Below are positions 1-12,689 of a stretch of DNA of 64,000 nucleotides, in pieces. The position numbers were made by a program, and so were the translations under genes. How positions within the stretch are numbered: the first letter of the stretch is position 1; every line of letters begins with the position of its first letter. A model generated the notes under the pieces. That model was not told where the DNA came from and did no database searches. It saw only the letters and a list, made by a program, of their open reading frames with translations. This stretch comes from Chiloscyllium plagiosum (lineage: Eukaryota). The stretch spans positions 23,303,423 to 23,367,422 of the forward strand of contig NC_057734.1 in assembly GCF_004010195.1 (NCBI RefSeq), in the 5' to 3' direction.

Positions 1-2467
1 TAATCTTGCAACTTTATACTGATGTTCTTTTGAATTTTTGGAGTTCAGTGTCTATGAGCAGGTTTGTGACACCGACATTACTAAATCTGGCTTCCAAATC
101 TATAGCAGTATCATGGATTTACAATAAACTAGGTCTAGGAGTTTGCCAGATTTTGCAGTGTAACTGCCAGAAGCTGGTTCACAAATGCCATTTCACAAAT
201 GAAAGAATCCAAACTAAAAGAACATTATATTCAATAATAGTGAGATTGGCCTGAAGAGATATGCTGGTCTGTGGAAAAGTCATCCTGACAACTTGCAAGC
301 TGTTTTAGGAATATGGATGTGTGTTGTTTTTTAAAATTTATTTAGAGGCATTGGACAGTCCTGGGCAGTCCAGCATTTGTTTTCAATACTGATAGATACA
401 ATTAAGTAGGCAATTTGTTAGCCCATTTTGGAGGGAAATTAAAAGTCAACTTCATTGTTGTGGCTCTGAAGTCACCTACAGACCAGACAAGGTAAGGACA
501 GCAGATTTTCTTTCTTTGTTGGCATTAGTGAACTAGCTGGGTTTTTACAACATTTTTTTTAGTTTTATGACCAGCATTAATAACAGGCTTTTTATTAACC
601 AAATTGTTAAGCTGTAACATTGAGATTTTAAATTGTATATCTGAATCATTAGTCTAATCATATAATCACTTCGTTACTATATCCAGGATCAGGAATGTGC
701 ATGTGATTCTCATGATTATTGATAATCTTCCATCAAGTCAAGGATTATTCTTTCTTATGGATGTCAGCATTGGCTTTGGTTTCACAGATAGCTTCAGAAT
801 CCTATACGAACTTTATTGGCTCTTTCAGTGAGGCCATCTGTTATTAGCTTGTACAAATGATGGAGTTTGTTGGCTCAAATAGTCAGCCTCTCTGACTCCA
901 TTCTCTGTCAGTGATTGCTCTCGTTGATTAGAAAGTTTTCACACCATTTTTGATGATGAACCACCATTTTGTTCATGTTTGGGCATGTTTCCTGGGTTAA
1001 TTGAACAGAACCTCATGTACACTTTTGTATTATACTTGAAATTCTTTTTTATCTTTGGTCCCAGTACTAATGGTTTCCCTGCTGATCTCTGAGTACAGAA
1101 CCTTGAGTAAGCAGTAATATGTTGGGAATTCTGATGGCATGTTCCATCCATCTGAATTATTGAGAGATTATCATGGCCTTAAGACTTGCCATATCTTCTT
1201 CTTGGAAGCTGCTTGGTCTTCTATTATTCCAGTTATTGTGCATTACTCATCCAAAACAGCAATGATGATGTTATTGGGCCTTGACATGGTATCTTCACAA
1301 TCAAGGGAAGCAGGAGAACCATTGTCTGGCACACTTAAAGTTATGGGAAGTGCAACATCACAATTCTTAAAAATGTGAGTGTGTAATTTGCTGCAAGCTG
1401 AGCTAGAACATTGGATTTAGTCATGTACCTCTTATCAATGTCAGCATTTGGGGATAGGTAGCTTACAAGATATGGGAAATAAGGCACATTTTCCATACTT
1501 CATCATGAATCTCAATCGAAGGCAATGGATTTGACAAATTTGGTGTGGGTTAAGTGGGGGACTTTCTGGATGTTCAAGATAAGTAAGCTCTGAAAGACTT
1601 TGCTGAAGAAGTCAATTATTTGTTGTGGTTTATTTTCAGGACAAGCACTAACTTGTGTGTCATCGGTATTTTGGATGTCCCTACATTCCAGGGACAGCAG
1701 CGGTTCAAGGCAGCAGCTTGCTACCATCTTGTCAAGGGCAATTATAGGTGGTCAATGAGTGCAGGCTTAGCCAACAACATCCACATGCGAAGCAAAAAAA
1801 ACATTAAAAATCAGCATGCTTTAGTTCTATTACAGCAGTGGTTGTTGTTTTGGTTTTGGTTGGTTGAGGTTAAAGAACTTATCATCATGCAATTAATTAT
1901 GACCACACCTAGAGGACAGCCTGTCAGAATTAAGTTGTGGCATTTCTGCAAAAACAAAATGAGAATAGTATTGGTGCAATAACAAACCCCAGTTTAACGC
2001 TTGTTTTGACAAGTAGGGAGTCTGTGGTGAAGTCTCCGATTCTTAGCAATAACTGCATATTGGAAGTCGATTACATTTATGAACCTAGCTATGCATCCAT
2101 ATCACTGTAGCACATTCTAAAGAATAGATTCAAAGGCTGTTTTGAGATCCAAGAAAACCATGTTTAAAGGGATATTCTTTTCTGTTTACCAATCCTGAAG
2201 CTGATGCATTATGAAGTTCTTGTCAATGGTTCCTCTAGTCTAAGTGACAAGTGGGACTCCAGAAGGATTACAATTGGTGAGAGGAAATTAAGAAGTAATT
2301 TAGCTAGGACCTCATCAACAGTTGAACAATGCTGTGCCTTTTTGGTCTCCAGTGTTCAACTTATCTCCTTTCTTGAAGATTGTGATCATCATGGCATCTC
2401 TAAGGTCACTTGGAATTTCTACATTATTCCACAGCTTTACAGATAAGTTTACTAATGGTCAAACAAG

Positions 2468-2697
2468 GAGAAAGTGAGGACTGCAGATGCTGGAGATCAG
2501 AGCTGAAAAATGTGTTGCTGGAAAAGCGCAGCAGGTCAGGCAGCATCCAAGGAGCAGGAGAATCAACGTTTCGGGCATAAGCCATTCTTCAGGAATCTTC
2601 AGAATTCCTGAAGAAGGGCTTATGCCCGAAACATCGATTCTCCTGCTCTTTGGATGCTGCCTGACCTGCTGCGCTTTTCCAGCAATACATTTTTCAG
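2468..2697. mobile_element. Short non-coding foldback PLE-derived insertion with 16-bp TSD
   Basis: Inverted arms ~2493-2597 and ~2604-2699. Direct repeat ctaatggtcaaacaag at 2452-2467 and 2698-2713. Confidence 0.85.
2602..2640 (+). ncRNA. Minimal hammerhead motif, second family (antisense copy at ~2561-2598)
   Basis: GAAUUC-CUGAAGA-A-GGGC/uuau/GCCC-GAAA-C-AUC-GAUUC. Confidence 0.72.
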
Positions 2698-2874
2698 CTA
2701 ATGGTCAAACAAGTATACTCTTGAAATATCGAAGCTTGGTGACACTGCTGTTTTCCAAGTGTCCCAAAATGTTTCTTTTTCAGGAATTTATATTCTGCAC
2801 AATTCTGATTAACTGCATTAGTTAATTTGGTAAAAAATTATGTTCTCCTGATTAACTTTTAGCTACTTGCTATT

Positions 2875-3195
2875 TGATTAGATTAGATTACATTACAGCG
2901 TGGAACCAGGCCCTTCGGCCCAACAAGTCCACACTGACCCGCCGAAGCACAACCCACTCATACCCCTACATTTACCCCTTACCTAACACTATGGGCAATT
3001 TAGCATGGGCAATTTAGCATGGCCAATTCACCTGACCTGTACATCTTTGGACTGTGGGAGGAAACCGGAGCACACCCATGCAGACATGGGGAGAACGTGC
3101 AAACTCCACACAGTCAGTCGCCTGAGGCAAGAATTGAACCCGGGTGTCAGGCGCTGAGGCAGCAGTGCTAACCACTGTGCCACCGTGCCGCCCAC
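2875..3195 (-). mobile_element. HE1/V-SINE-like SINE
   Basis: Homologous to 11281-11600. Confidence 0.88.
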
Positions 3196-3788
3196 AAAGC
3201 TGCAGGATAAAGCTACAATGTAAAGCTTTCCATTTATTTAGTTTGTAAATATCAAGTTTCTTTCCAATTATTGTGTAAGAAAATCAGGAGCTCTCCTGGA
3301 ACATGATTTCACAATGTTGTAATTATTAATATTTGATGTGGGAGATGCATTGAGGCATATTGAAAGTGGTGGTGCTCTGAATTTGCTAGACATAAAAGCC
3401 CCTACTGACATTTCAGTAGACATGTTGCCAGCTGCATGATATAAAAAGAATAGCTGGTAACCAGATGGAGGGAAAACCCCATTAAGAAGAGCCTGAGGGA
3501 CTGCCAACAAGTTGAAAGTCAATGGGGAAAGCTTGGCTGTGATCAAAGCAGCACTGATGGAATTAATGAGCACACATAATCATGGCACCTACAGAAACTC
3601 TGAAAGATCCAAGTACAAGATGAAAATTCTTCAAATCTGAGTTGATCTAATTTTAAAACATAAAGAAGTGGATGTTTCATAATTTCTACTCTCCTCTGCT
3701 TCCCCTTACAAGCATCTAACCAGCAGCAAAACCACAACTCAATCCCAAAGAGATGAAAGAAACACCAAGAAGTGTATTGCAGACTTAC

Positions 3789-3866
3789 CAAGATCTCGTA
3801 TTAGTACATGCTGCCCTTTGACTTCCTCCTTCAGGACTGATAGTTTCTCCTCTAATGTTGTACTTC
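3789..3866 (-). CDS. CCDC157: CCDC157 coding exon 4 (GSTTLEEKLSVLKEEVKGQHVLIRDL); missed by the ORF track
   Basis: Acceptor ttctgttttag, donor G|GTAAGT, 78 nt, phase 1-1, in frame with the previous exon, heptad-like composition. Confidence 0.82.
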
Positions 3867-5423
3867 CTAAAACAGAACTACAGAATTAACATCAGGATAG
3901 CTCACAGCTTTTCACACCTCAGCTCTGTCCCATTGGATGTAATAGCTAGATTTTCAGAGTCTTGGAGATTCCATTGCTTATCCAAACTGGTTCAAAGAAC
4001 CAAGATCTAAACTTCCACCCTGATTTCTGACAGATCCTATTTTTAGGAGGGGGGGGGGGGGCAGAAGACTAAAAGGGGGCAAACTAAAAAAAAATCAACA
4101 AGGCCATTAGAACTCTTGCTTAGTTCAAACAGAGCCAATGTTTTGCTGTTGTAAAGGCCATGTCCTGCAGTGTGTGAGATATAATTATTTTAGAATAGAT
4201 GTAAATGCTTGTAAAAGGCTGATAATGCTTATGAAACCTCCAAATTATTTAAATGGGCAGTCTTTTAAATCTTGGAAATAAAACAACTTTGCTTATGTCT
4301 GCAAAATGAATAAAATCCCTGCTGGGAATTTCAACAGATAAATGTTGACATACATAATTGAAGTGCTATCATTGTGTACCTGACTGCTTCCACAACTTGA
4401 AATGATTACAGTGGAATGCTGTACTTTCACTATTAACAGCTTGCAGTGGTCATAAGAGATAAGCTGTTTTGATACAAGGTCATGAATAAATATTTTTGTG
4501 TTTTCAAGGAATTACATGTATTAAATGGAGCCTTACAAATGACTGTAATAGGTGCATAGAACTACAATTTATTTCATATTAGTATGGTTCCAGAGGTTCA
4601 CTAATAGTGGCTTTTGGGTGAGTTGGCATAGTGTGCAAAGGATATTGGGTAGAGGCACAGGTTGGCATGCCTGGATCATGGAGAATAGGCTATGAGGGGG
4701 TGAGCACTTGGGGCATGATATTTAACAACACAGCTCTAAACCAGCTGTTCCAAAGAACTTGGGTGGGTCTTCTAATCAGCCCTCTTTGGCACAAAGCAGC
4801 CTCTATGGCTGTATCTGATCAGTGGCTGGGAGAGGCAGGCCCAAATGCAGCATGGATTTGCCCACCATCACCCTCCCAGAACAAACATCCCACCATTCAG
4901 AATATTTTTGACTCACATGGGGAGCAGAAGTCCAGGCTGATGAATGACAGAAATGGGAAGTATTTCAGGATGAGAGTGAAGATTTTGATGTTCTAACCTT
5001 TAAATGAACTCAAGCATAACTGAAAATATATTTTAAAATATAATAGAAAAACAAAACACTGCAGCTGCTGGAAATCAGAAATAAAAAGTTAAATGCTCCA
5101 AATATTTAGCTGGTTAAGTTGCATCTATTGAAAGAGAAACTGAGTGTTTCATCAGAACTGGTTAAAAAGTGGAATGTAATAGATTTTTAAGCAAGTACAG
5201 TAGACAGAGAAAAGAGATGAGGAATAAAGAAAAAAAGTCAAGATCTGTGAAAATGTGGAAGATGTATGTGATTGAAGAAAACAATGGGCTTTAAGTCATG
5301 GGAACTTGACCAATCATTCAATAACCAATGAAGGTATGTCCTTGGCATAAATGCAAAATGACACCTACATCATTGAAAAATACTTTGTCTCCCTGTAAGC
5401 ATGCAATATCAAATTCATATTAC

Positions 5424-6129
5424 CTTTCCTAAGCATCTCTTTGTCATCTTCAAGTTTTCTTACTCTCTCAGAATTATCTCTATTTATCTCCTTCATTTGT
5501 TTGTCAAATTCTTTTATTTTCAAATTTTGTTGTTCTTTTTCCTTTTCGAGTTCTTTGTTAAAATTATCAATTGTCTTTTTCATTTGGCTTTGCTGCTCGG
5601 CTGCAGTCTGCAGCTCGGTTTTTAGTGGATTAATGCTGTTCAGGAGTTCAGTGAGATGTTTATTTATTCGGGCCAGGTCTTTGCTCTGTTCAGAAGCCCA
5701 ATAGGCTACATCAGTTGCTGTCATCATTCCATCACCCAAGGTTTCCTTCACTACTTCCTGAAACCGGCTCAGAGCTGAAGGGATATTCTGGCTTTGACAA
5801 ATGGCGATAATAGAATTGCTGACCATTTTAAGGGTTGCTTGTGTACGGGCACAGGCATCACATGGTACTAGAGCTGATTCTACTGTCTGTGAACCAATGT
5901 TCCGAGTATCTGTAGCTACACTAGGAGATCTTCTTTGTGCTTCACCTAATCCAGCATTTACAGGTGTGAGAGAGACTTGTGACAGTGTCATCCCAGTGAA
6001 CTTGCTGTTTTGAGGGAGTGATGGCGAGTTATAAGTTTCAGATGTACAATTCTTCAATCTTTCAATCTCTGCCTTGGAATTCATCAGGTCGCTTTGCAGT
6101 TTGGAAAGATTCATTGCCATCAAACTTTT
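5424..6129 (-). CDS. CCDC157: CCDC157 coding exon 3 (KSLMAMNLSK...SQTVESALVPCDAC...EMLRK), coiled-coil region
   Basis: 706-nt open exon with acceptor ttttaatag (phase 0) and donor G|GTAATA (phase 1). Conserved SQT.E.ALVPCDAC, CQSQN.PS.L and WA.EQ.KDL.R motifs. Confidence 0.92.
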
Positions 6130-6249
6130 CTATTAAAATAGGAACATAATTCAATATTTTAAACAATCTGTTCTGTTGGGTGCAATACCTTCTATTCAAA
6201 TTAAATTGCAGCAAATGCATTAAAGAATTTTTGTCAAAAGGCAGCTGAT

Positions 6250-6560
6250 TAAATTAGATTCCCTACAGTGTGGAAACAGGCCCTTCGGCCCAACAAGTCC
6301 ACACCAACCCTCTGAAGAGTAACTCACCGAGATCCATTTCCTTCTGACTAATGCACCAGCACTGTGGGCAATTTAGTATGGCCAATTCACCTGACCTGCA
6401 CATCTTTGTGACTGCATGGGTATGCTCCGGGAGGAAACCAGAGCAGACCCATGCAGACATGGGGAGAATGTGCAAACTCCACGCAGACAATCGCCCAAGG
6501 CTGGAATTGAACCTGGGACCCTGATGCTATAAGACAGCAGTGCTAACCACTGTGCCACCC
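6250..6560 (-). mobile_element. HE1/V-SINE-like SINE
   Basis: Same family, different subfamily body. Confidence 0.85.
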
Positions 6561-7440
6561 ATGCATGATTATTTGTAGCAATGCTTCTGTAAGAAACAAA
6601 TCAAGACTTCTTTTTACTTTATTCTATAGTTTTTAAGTTGCTAATAGTGAATTGTGAATGGACTAATAAATCATAGAAAGTCTTCCTGAAAATCTTTCAT
6701 TGAAGTCTGCAAAATAATCCCACTTTGGGAATTCCTCTTCCATTGTTATTGATGGCTGGTGCTTGTTTAACATTTGCAGTGTCCAGGAAACATTCAAGCA
6801 ACTGAAACTCTTCCCTGAGTAGCGGTTGCCATTATATAGCTGTTAAGTATACATATAGAAGATACATATAGGAAGTAATAAATGGGTACATAAGAAACAT
6901 ACCACAATAATTATGGGTGAGTTGAATTTCACATGGTTTAGGTGAATCAGATGGGCAAAGGTGACCTGGAAAATTATTTCTTTTCTTTTGGGGTGGTGGG
7001 ACAATTTCTTAGAAGAGTACATACTAGAGCCAACCAGAAAGTTGGCAGTTCCAGGTATGTAATGAGAAATTATTAATAATTAACCTTATTGTAAAGGAGC
7101 TCGAGTTGACAGTGATCATAACATTACCAAATTTCATGTTCTGTTCTGTTTGAAAGGGTCCATAATTAGTATTTTAAACTTCCACGGGGAGATGATGGCC
7201 ACATCGTACTGTTGCTGGATTAGTAAAAGACCCAGGCAGGTTGTGGAATTGAAATTCAATAAAAATCTAGAATTAAAGACAAATGATGACAATGAAACAT
7301 TGTCAATTAATGTAAAAACCCATTTGGTTCACCCATGTCCTGTAAGGAAGGAAATATTTGCTGGTCAGACCCACAGCAATGTTAGTTGACACGTAACTGC
7401 CCTCTGATGTAGCCTAGCAAGCCATTCAGTAGAATGCAAG

Positions 7441-8202
7441 GTTTATGAAGGTTTGTAGCTCAGGTTTAGGTTTAGGGTGTAGATTTGCTCGCTGAGCTGT
7501 AGGTTTGATATCCAGACGTTTCATTACCTGGATGGGTAACATCATCAGTAGCGACCTCCAAGTGAAGTGAAGCTGTTGTCTCCTGCTTTCTATTTATATG
7601 TTTGTCCTGGATGGAGTTCCTGGGGTTTGTGGTGATGTCATTTCCTGATCATTTTCTGAGGGGTTGATAGACGGTATCTAGATCTATGTTTGTTTATGGC
7701 GTTGTGGTTGGAGTGCCTCTAGGAATTCTTTGGCATGTCTTTGCTTAGCCTGTCCCAGGATAGATGTGTTATCCCAGTCAAAATGGTGGGTTTTTTTCCT
7801 CCGTGTGTAGGGCTACAAGGGAGAGAGGGTCGTGTCTTTTTGTGGCTAGCTGGTGTTCGTGTATCTTGGTGGCTAACTTTGTTCCTGTTTGTCCTACGTA
7901 GTGTTTGTGGCAGTCCTGGGACAGGCTAAGCAAAGACATGCCAGAGAATTCCTAGAGGCCTGGTACTCCAACCACAACGCCATAAACAAACACACAGAGT
8001 TGGATACCATCTATCAGAAAACGAACAGGAAATTATATCACCACAAACCCCAGGAAACCCATCCAGGACAAACATATAAATAGAAAGCAGGAGACAACAG
8101 CTTCGCTTCACTTGGAGGTCGCCACTGATGATGTTACCTAGCCAGGTAATGAAACGTCTGGATATCAAATCTACAGCTCAGCGAGCAAGCCTACACCCTA
8201 AA
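7441..8202. mobile_element. Foldback Penelope-like 3'-end remnant (inverted pseudo-LTR arms around a GIY-YIG fragment)
   Basis: ~7460-7760 is the reverse complement of ~7915-8200. It encodes REFLEAW..N..INKH, the PLE C-terminus. Degenerate TSD attcagt.gaat at 7424 and 8203. Confidence 0.85.
8122..8161 (+). ncRNA. Minimal type-I hammerhead ribozyme motif in a PLE pseudo-LTR (inverted copy at 7512-7551)
   Basis: CCA-CUGAUGA-U-GUUACC/uagcca/GGUAAU-GAAA-C-GUC-UGG: both core boxes, stem II, stem I and palindromic ACGU in place of stem III. Confidence 0.82.
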
Positions 8203-8865
8203 ATTCAGTTGAATCAACTGCTAGAAAGTCTCAAAAAAGGAATGAATCTGAATAGGCCACCTGGCATTAGCTAAGGCATCAGAAACTTCAATGGTAAACA
8301 CAGCCCCTGTCAATCCTGCTGAGTCCTCCTTACTAACACCTAGGGGCTAGTGCCAAAAGTGGGACAGCTATCTCTTAGCCTAGTCAAGGCACAGCTGATG
8401 TAGTCATATTCACAGAATCCTAATTTACATACAACCCAGAGAATACTACAACCATCCCTGGATACGTCCTGCCCCACTGAGACGACAGACCCAATTGAGA
8501 TGCTGCACAGTATATAAAGACTGCATCTTTTTATTTTTATTTGTTGTAGCATAGTCCTGTTCACAGTTCAGTCCATAATCAAAAGTAAAGGACTGAGGAA
8601 AGAATTGCTGTACTTCTAAAAAGCAAATTCTGAAAATCACTGGGTCACATTTGCACTGTTGCTTTGCAAACAGTGGGGGTACATTTTTAAGAGGAGATAA
8701 CACAGTACGGAGGTGCATGCGAAGTGAGCTTTGGCCAGCAACAGGTTGCTGATTGGTTTATGGAATTGTGACTATTTGTGAATGTCGGACAACATCAGGC
8801 TGATGATAATCTTCTGTATGGCTCACGGGAATCTGAACAGCTTTTGGGTGTGAACAATTACAATA

Positions 8866-10312
8866 CTGTTTAAGAAGGGTGGTAAGGACAAGCCAGAAAA
8901 CTATACACCAGTGAGCCTGATATCGGTGATGGGCAAGTTGTTGGAGGGAATCCTGAGGGACAGGATGTACATGTATTTGGAAAGGCAAGGACTGATTAGG
9001 GATAGTCAACATGACTTTGTGCGTGGGAAATCATGTCTCACAAACTTGATAGAGTTTTTTGAGGAAGTAACAAAGAGGATTGAGGAGGGCAGAGCAGTAG
9101 ATGTGATCTATATATACTTCATTAAGGCATTCAACAAGGTTCCCCATGGGAGACTGATTAGCAAAGTTAGATCTCGTGGAATAAAGGGAGAACTAGCCAT
9201 TTGGATACAGAGCTGGCTTAAAGGTAGAAGACAGAAGGTGGTGGAGGGTTGTTTTTCAGACTGGAGGCCTGTGACCAGTGGAGTACCACAAGGATCGGTG
9301 CTGGGTCCTCTACTTTTTGTCATTTACATAAATGATTTGGATGTGAGCATAAGAGGTACAGTTAGTAAGTTTGCAGATGACACCAAAATTGGAGGTGTCG
9401 TGGACAGAGAAGAGGGTTATGTCAGATTACAACAGGACTTTGACCAGATGGGCCAATGGGCTGAGAAGTGGCAGAGGGAGTTTAATTCAGATAAATGCGA
9501 GGTGCTGCATTTTGGGAAAGCAAATCTTAGCAGGACTTATACACTTAATGGTAAGGTCCTCGGGAATGTTGCTGAACAAAGAGACCTTGGAGTGCAGGTT
9601 CATAGCTCCTTGAAAGTGGAGTCACGGGTAGATAGGATAGTGAAGAAGGTGTTTGGTATGCTTTCCTTTATTGGTCAGAGTATTGAATACAGGAGTTGGG
9701 AGGTCATGTTGCGGCTGTACAGGACATTGGTTAGGCCACTGTTGGAACAGTGCGTGCAATTCTAGTCTCTAGACTGGGTTGGGATATCTGGTCGGCATGG
9801 ACGGGTTGGACCGAAGGGTCTGTTTCCATGCTGTACATCTCTATGACTCTATGTACAGCATGGAAACAGACCCTTCGGTCCAACCCGTCCATGCCAACCA
9901 GATATCCCAACGCAATCTTGTCCCTCCTGCCAGAACCTGGCCCACATCCGTCCAAACCCTCCCTATTCATATACCCATCCAAATGCCTTTTAAATGTTGC
10001 AATTGTACCAGCCTCCACCACTTCCACTGGCAGCTCATTGCATACACGCACCACCCTCTGTGTGAAAAAGCTGCCCCTTAGGTTTAGTTCTGGACTCCCT
10101 GACCCCAGGGAAAAGACTTTGCCTATTTATCCTATCTATGCCCCTCATAATTTTGTAAACCTCTATAAGGTCACCCCTCAGCCTCCGACGCTCTAGGGAA
10201 AACAGCCCCAGCCTGTTCAGTCTCTCCCTGTATCTCAGATCTTCCAACCCTGGCAACATCCTTGTAAATCTTTTCTGAACCCTTTCAAGTTTCATAACAT
10301 CTTTCCGATAGG
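8866..10312 (+). mobile_element. Young CR1 LINE with inverted 3' segment (9852-10312 on - strand)
   Basis: 284-aa RT ORF ([29 protein letters not shown]). The 3' tail is present in both orientations. Confidence 0.92.
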
Positions 10313-11280
10313 TCTTTAGATATCTGATAGGGGAGGTATGTCTCTCTCTTCAGTGAAAATACCTGAAGCTAAAGCAAATAAGTTGTTTTCTCCTAGTAGT
10401 TGATATAATCTGTTATTTCTAACCAATAAATCAGAGTCTTTATAACTTGTGAACTCTTTGCCTCCTTGAAAATTTGAAAGAGTCTGAAGCAAAAGCTCAG
10501 AAAACTGAAGGACTTGGGACACAAAATAAATTCCTCCATCAAACCTGACAACTGGTGCCATTGAGCTATCTCCCCAATATTCTCCCCCCTCCATCCATAA
10601 CACCAATTTATTTGAGTGTGCATGCCTGGAAGATCGAAGTAAGATTCAAGAGTACATAGGTTACATCTCTTTTAGATTTGAGGATGATAAAACATTATAG
10701 TCCTTTAAAAGGATGGTCATCCCATGAAAAAGAGCTGAAATGAGACATTTCATTAGCAATAAGGCACCATTATTGTTGAGCAAGTTCTCAATTAAAAAAT
10801 GCACAGATGAAACCAGATTTGGAAAATGATAAAAAAAATATATTTGGGAAAGCAGTGAATTTAAACTTCACTCAATCAGGGCAATGCTACATACCATTAA
10901 GGAAACCAGACATTTTCATTGAGACATACGGGCAGTATTATTGACTTCAGGTGACAAGTCTGGCTGACAGGAAGTTAATTATTTGACATTCCATAGATAA
11001 TGTAGAGAATGAAAGGGGATGAATATATCTCAAGATGTTCTTGTCTATTTTTAAGTGTGCTCTCTTGAGATAACGGAGGAGTCAGGAGTGTTGCAGGCTG
11101 GATAAGACAGAGATTTAAATTAGTTGTATTTGTTCTTTTAAAGTTTTGTATAAATAATCTCCTTTGCTATTCCTGATCTCAGAAGTTAGAGAGATTTCAG
11201 AATTTAGAATGACTTAGGGTGATAGTCTTTGAGAGACTCAGCAAGACATCATAGTTTGGATTTCTGACTTTGCACGCTTT

Positions 11281-11600
11281 AGATTAGATTAGATTAGATT
11301 ACAGTGTGGAAACAGGCCCTTCGGCCCAACAAGTCCACACCGACCCGCCGAAGCGCAACCCACCCATACCCCTACATTTACCCCTTACCTAACACTACGG
11401 GCAATTTAGCATGGCCAATTCACCTGACCTGCACATCTTTGGATTGTGGGAGGAAACCGGAGCACCCGGAGGAAACCCACACAGACACGGGGAGAATGTG
11501 CAAACTCCACACAGTCAGTCGCCTGAGGTGGGAATTGAACCCGGGTCTCCGGCGCTGTGAGGCAGCAGTGCTAACCACTGTGCCACCGTGCCGCCCACAA
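11281..11600 (-). mobile_element. tRNA-derived HE1/V-SINE-like SINE (young)
   Basis: On the - strand it begins ggcggcacggtggcacagtggttagcac (A box), then ggttcaattcc (B box), a CR1-like 3' end and an (aatct)n tail. Confidence 0.88.
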
Positions 11601-12689
11601 AATTTGGGACTTGAATTCTTGTGGCAGTGTTTCTGACTTTAAGCATCTCAGACTTTAAACGAGGAAATTGCCCCATGACAACCTGGCATAGTCAGCAAGA
11701 TCTACTGATGAATTCAAATGAAGAACTATCCCCACAGACAGAAAACACCAGAGGGTGAGCATTGTTTATTTTATATCACCCATGGCTCTTGCTCACTGGT
11801 GAGACTTCCTCGTAAACTAGGGGATCATGGAAACTTAAACGGAGTTAGAATGGTTGAAAGTCTGTAAGCAAAGAATTAAAACAAACTAGGGGGAAACAAA
11901 AAATTCAGCAAACAACATTGTACACAGAATCACTGACAAGCAGGCTGGGAGAGAAAACTTAGCTGATGCTCCTCAGTGGTGAAATCCCTCATGAGGCATC
12001 TCTTTAGTCAGCCCTAATAACGGATTGGCCACGGAGGACTATTTAGCAGCTGTTCCCAAAGGTGAAGAACCTGTGGATACAGTCAAGCACCTCAGGAAGA
12101 CAGCAGAATGGTGAACAGGCTACTGAGGAGACATCATTCAAAAGACACAAATTTTGATTTGAGATCAACACACTCCATACTACTATAAACTACACTTGGA
12201 ATTTGAGAAGGAACAGTCTTCAATTGTAGTTAAATATATGTGGAATTATTTTCAATTGGAATAGGAAGCTTTAATAGCATTTGCAATATTCTAAATTGCA
12301 ATTGATAGTTTGACATAGAAGATTGCATTAGTAGAAAAAGCTGGATTAGAAATTGTAGAAGTCGATAATGGACACTCTCAGTGTGTTCCTGATAGGCTTT
12401 CTAAAGAGATTCTAAAGGAACAGTGAAGTTAGAAACAGTCCAGAATAGGTTAACCCACAGTGTGCACCTGTGTTTACAACTGGACAAACAAAATCAAGAA
12501 CTACAAGAAATGTAAATAGCTGCAAAGGAGAAGTGATGACTGACAGGAAAGTGCTGCTGTCCCACCTAATAGAGTGCAAGTTATGTCTCAAAAGTGGCAA
12601 ATACCAGAAGACATCACCACATCCAGTTGCAAGTCTTCTACTGGCCTTATTTATCACCCTATCTATATGTCATGCAAACTTCAAAAAAT

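Noticed and set aside
1-2450. Further CCDC157 exons
   Set aside because: No phase-compatible coiled-coil exon was found. The region looks like decayed LINE sequence, so the next exon is probably outside the window, although a small exon could have been missed.
4048-4061. Poly-G/C runs (also ~21089 and ~45119) as functional G-quadruplexes
   Set aside because: Simple homopolymers, mostly within repeats, with no supporting evidence.
8911-9765. RT ORFs as a retron, DGR or novel RT system
   Set aside because: The motifs are ordinary CR1 ORF2, and there are multiple truncated copies.
11500-11597. tRNA genes
   Set aside because: The A/B boxes are SINE heads followed by SINE body and tail, with no complete cloverleaf.
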